Source: Saprospiraceae bacterium (GTDB lineage Bacteria; Bacteroidota; Bacteroidia; Chitinophagales; Saprospiraceae). From it: DNA of 64,000 nt. Position 1 is the first letter of the stretch; each line of letters begins with the position of its first letter. Under the pieces are notes generated by a model. That model did not search any database. It was given only the letters and a program-made list of their open reading frames with translations, and was not told the origin of the DNA. Positions 63,209 to 64,000 of this stretch are shown here, piece after piece. The stretch spans positions 145,403-209,402 of the forward strand of contig JADKGI010000009.1 in NCBI GenBank assembly GCA_016722285.1, given 5' to 3'. Position numbers and translations under genes: made by a program.

Positions 63209-64000
63209 TTATGCAGGCAATTCAATAGTGAATTCAGTACCCATGCCCTCTGTCGTCTCAACTTTTATGTCCCCACCATGAGATTTGACTATATCATAGC
63301 TCAGTGAAAGCCCCAATCCAGTCCCTTGACCGGTAGGTTTAGTGGTAAAGAAAGGCTGAAATATTTTATCCAAAACTTTATTAGGAATTCCCATACCATT
63401 ATCTGCGACTTTAATGAAAATCCTTTCTCCCTGCTTTTTTGTAGTCACCGTAACTGTGGGTTCAAATCCTTCAGTTTGCAGGTTTTTCTTCTCTGTTACT
63501 GCGTAAAAGGCATTGGTGATCAGATTTAAAATGACCCTTCCGATATCCTGGGCTATTATGCTGACCTTACCTAAGTTTGCATCAAGATCAGTTTTTATAG
63601 TTGCATTAAACGCCTTATTCTTAGCTCTCAAACCGTGGTACGCCAACCTTAAATATTCATCGGCGAGCGCATTTATATCAGTCATTTCCTTTGCACTGTT
63701 TGAGTTTCTGCTGTGCTGAAGCATACCTTTAACTATGGAGTCAGCTCGTTTTCCATGATGCAGTATTTTTTCAAGATTTTGTTGAATATCATTAGCAATT
63801 GAGATGGCTTCTTTTTTATTGCCATCATTCAGATCGGTTTTCATCTCATCTATCAACTCGATGCAAACTTCTGAGAAATTATTTACAAAATTCATTGGGT
63901 TTTGTATTTCATGGGCGATACCAGCGGTAAGTTCTCCAAGAGATGCCATTTTTTCAGATTGTATTAGTTGAGCTTGGGTAGATTTTAGATTTTCGTGGGC
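63209..64000 (-). CDS. sensor histidine kinase (HisKA + HATPase_c), 5' end outside window
   Basis: H-box 'LGELTAGIAHEIQNPMNFV', N-box 'ILNLITNAFYAV', 'VADNGMGIP', 'TGQGTGLGLSLSYDIV'. The frame stays open upstream of the listed Met to the window edge ('AHENLKSTQAQLIQSEKMASLGEL'). Confidence 0.85.
   Translation of the reverse strand, partial: AHENLKSTQAQLIQSEKMASLGELTAGIAHEIQNPMNFVNNFSEVCIELIDEMKTDLNDGNKKEAISIANDIQQNLEKILHHGKRADSIVKGMLQHSRNSNSAKEMTDINALADEYLRLAYHGLRAKNKAFNATIKTDLDANLGKVSIIAQDIGRVILNLITNAFYAVTEKKNLQTEGFEPTVTVTTKKQGERIFIKVADNGMGIPNKVLDKIFQPFFTTKPTGQGTGLGLSLSYDIVKSHGGDIKVETTEGMGTEFTIELPA

Noticed and set aside
1-64000. CRISPR arrays, transposases, integrases, prophage or plasmid genes, rRNA
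   Set aside because: Scanning the intergenic regions by eye showed no regularly spaced repeats. No ORF carries a DDE-transposase, tyrosine/serine recombinase or phage structural signature. Both tRNAs have ordinary flanks with no recognisable direct repeat of the tRNA 3' end.

Overview
AT-rich (judged by eye, GC not computed) chromosomal segment with Bacteroidota hallmarks: two T9SS type-A C-terminal sorting domains, three CarboxypepD_reg/plug/barrel TonB-dependent receptors, TAnnTTTG promoter boxes close to start codons, and acpP-fabF-rnc and gap-pgk arrangements. I can support about 50 protein-coding loci, 2 tRNAs (Leu-GAG, Arg-TCG) and several intrinsic terminators. I saw no rRNA, CRISPR array, transposase, integrase or phage gene. 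Main observations: (1) About a quarter of the genes are interrupted. Most breaks are 1-nt length changes in short homopolymers, three are isolated in-frame TAA codons, and one hydrolase gene carries 8 in-frame stops with no frameshift. This is either consensus error or genome decay, and the sequence alone cannot decide. (2) A divergent ECF sigma/anti-sigma pair sits next to a TPR lipoprotein, two tandem DUF4331 paralogs (one apparently fused to CHRD repeats and a T9SS sorting domain) and a TonB-dependent receptor. No member has a characterised function. (3) A signalling island has an FAD oxidoreductase and a SAM methyltransferase translationally coupled to a 1747-aa kinase-like/STAND-ATPase/TPR/GAF/class III adenylate cyclase protein. 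It is followed by an HD protein, a receiver-cyclase, a receiver and a histidine kinase. (4) A thioredoxin-fold protein precedes a CxxCH plus PHM/DBH-like copper monooxygenase with a T9SS tail. (5) There is a cyclophilin-FKBP dual PPIase fusion. All family assignments are by-eye motif recognition; no database search was run.
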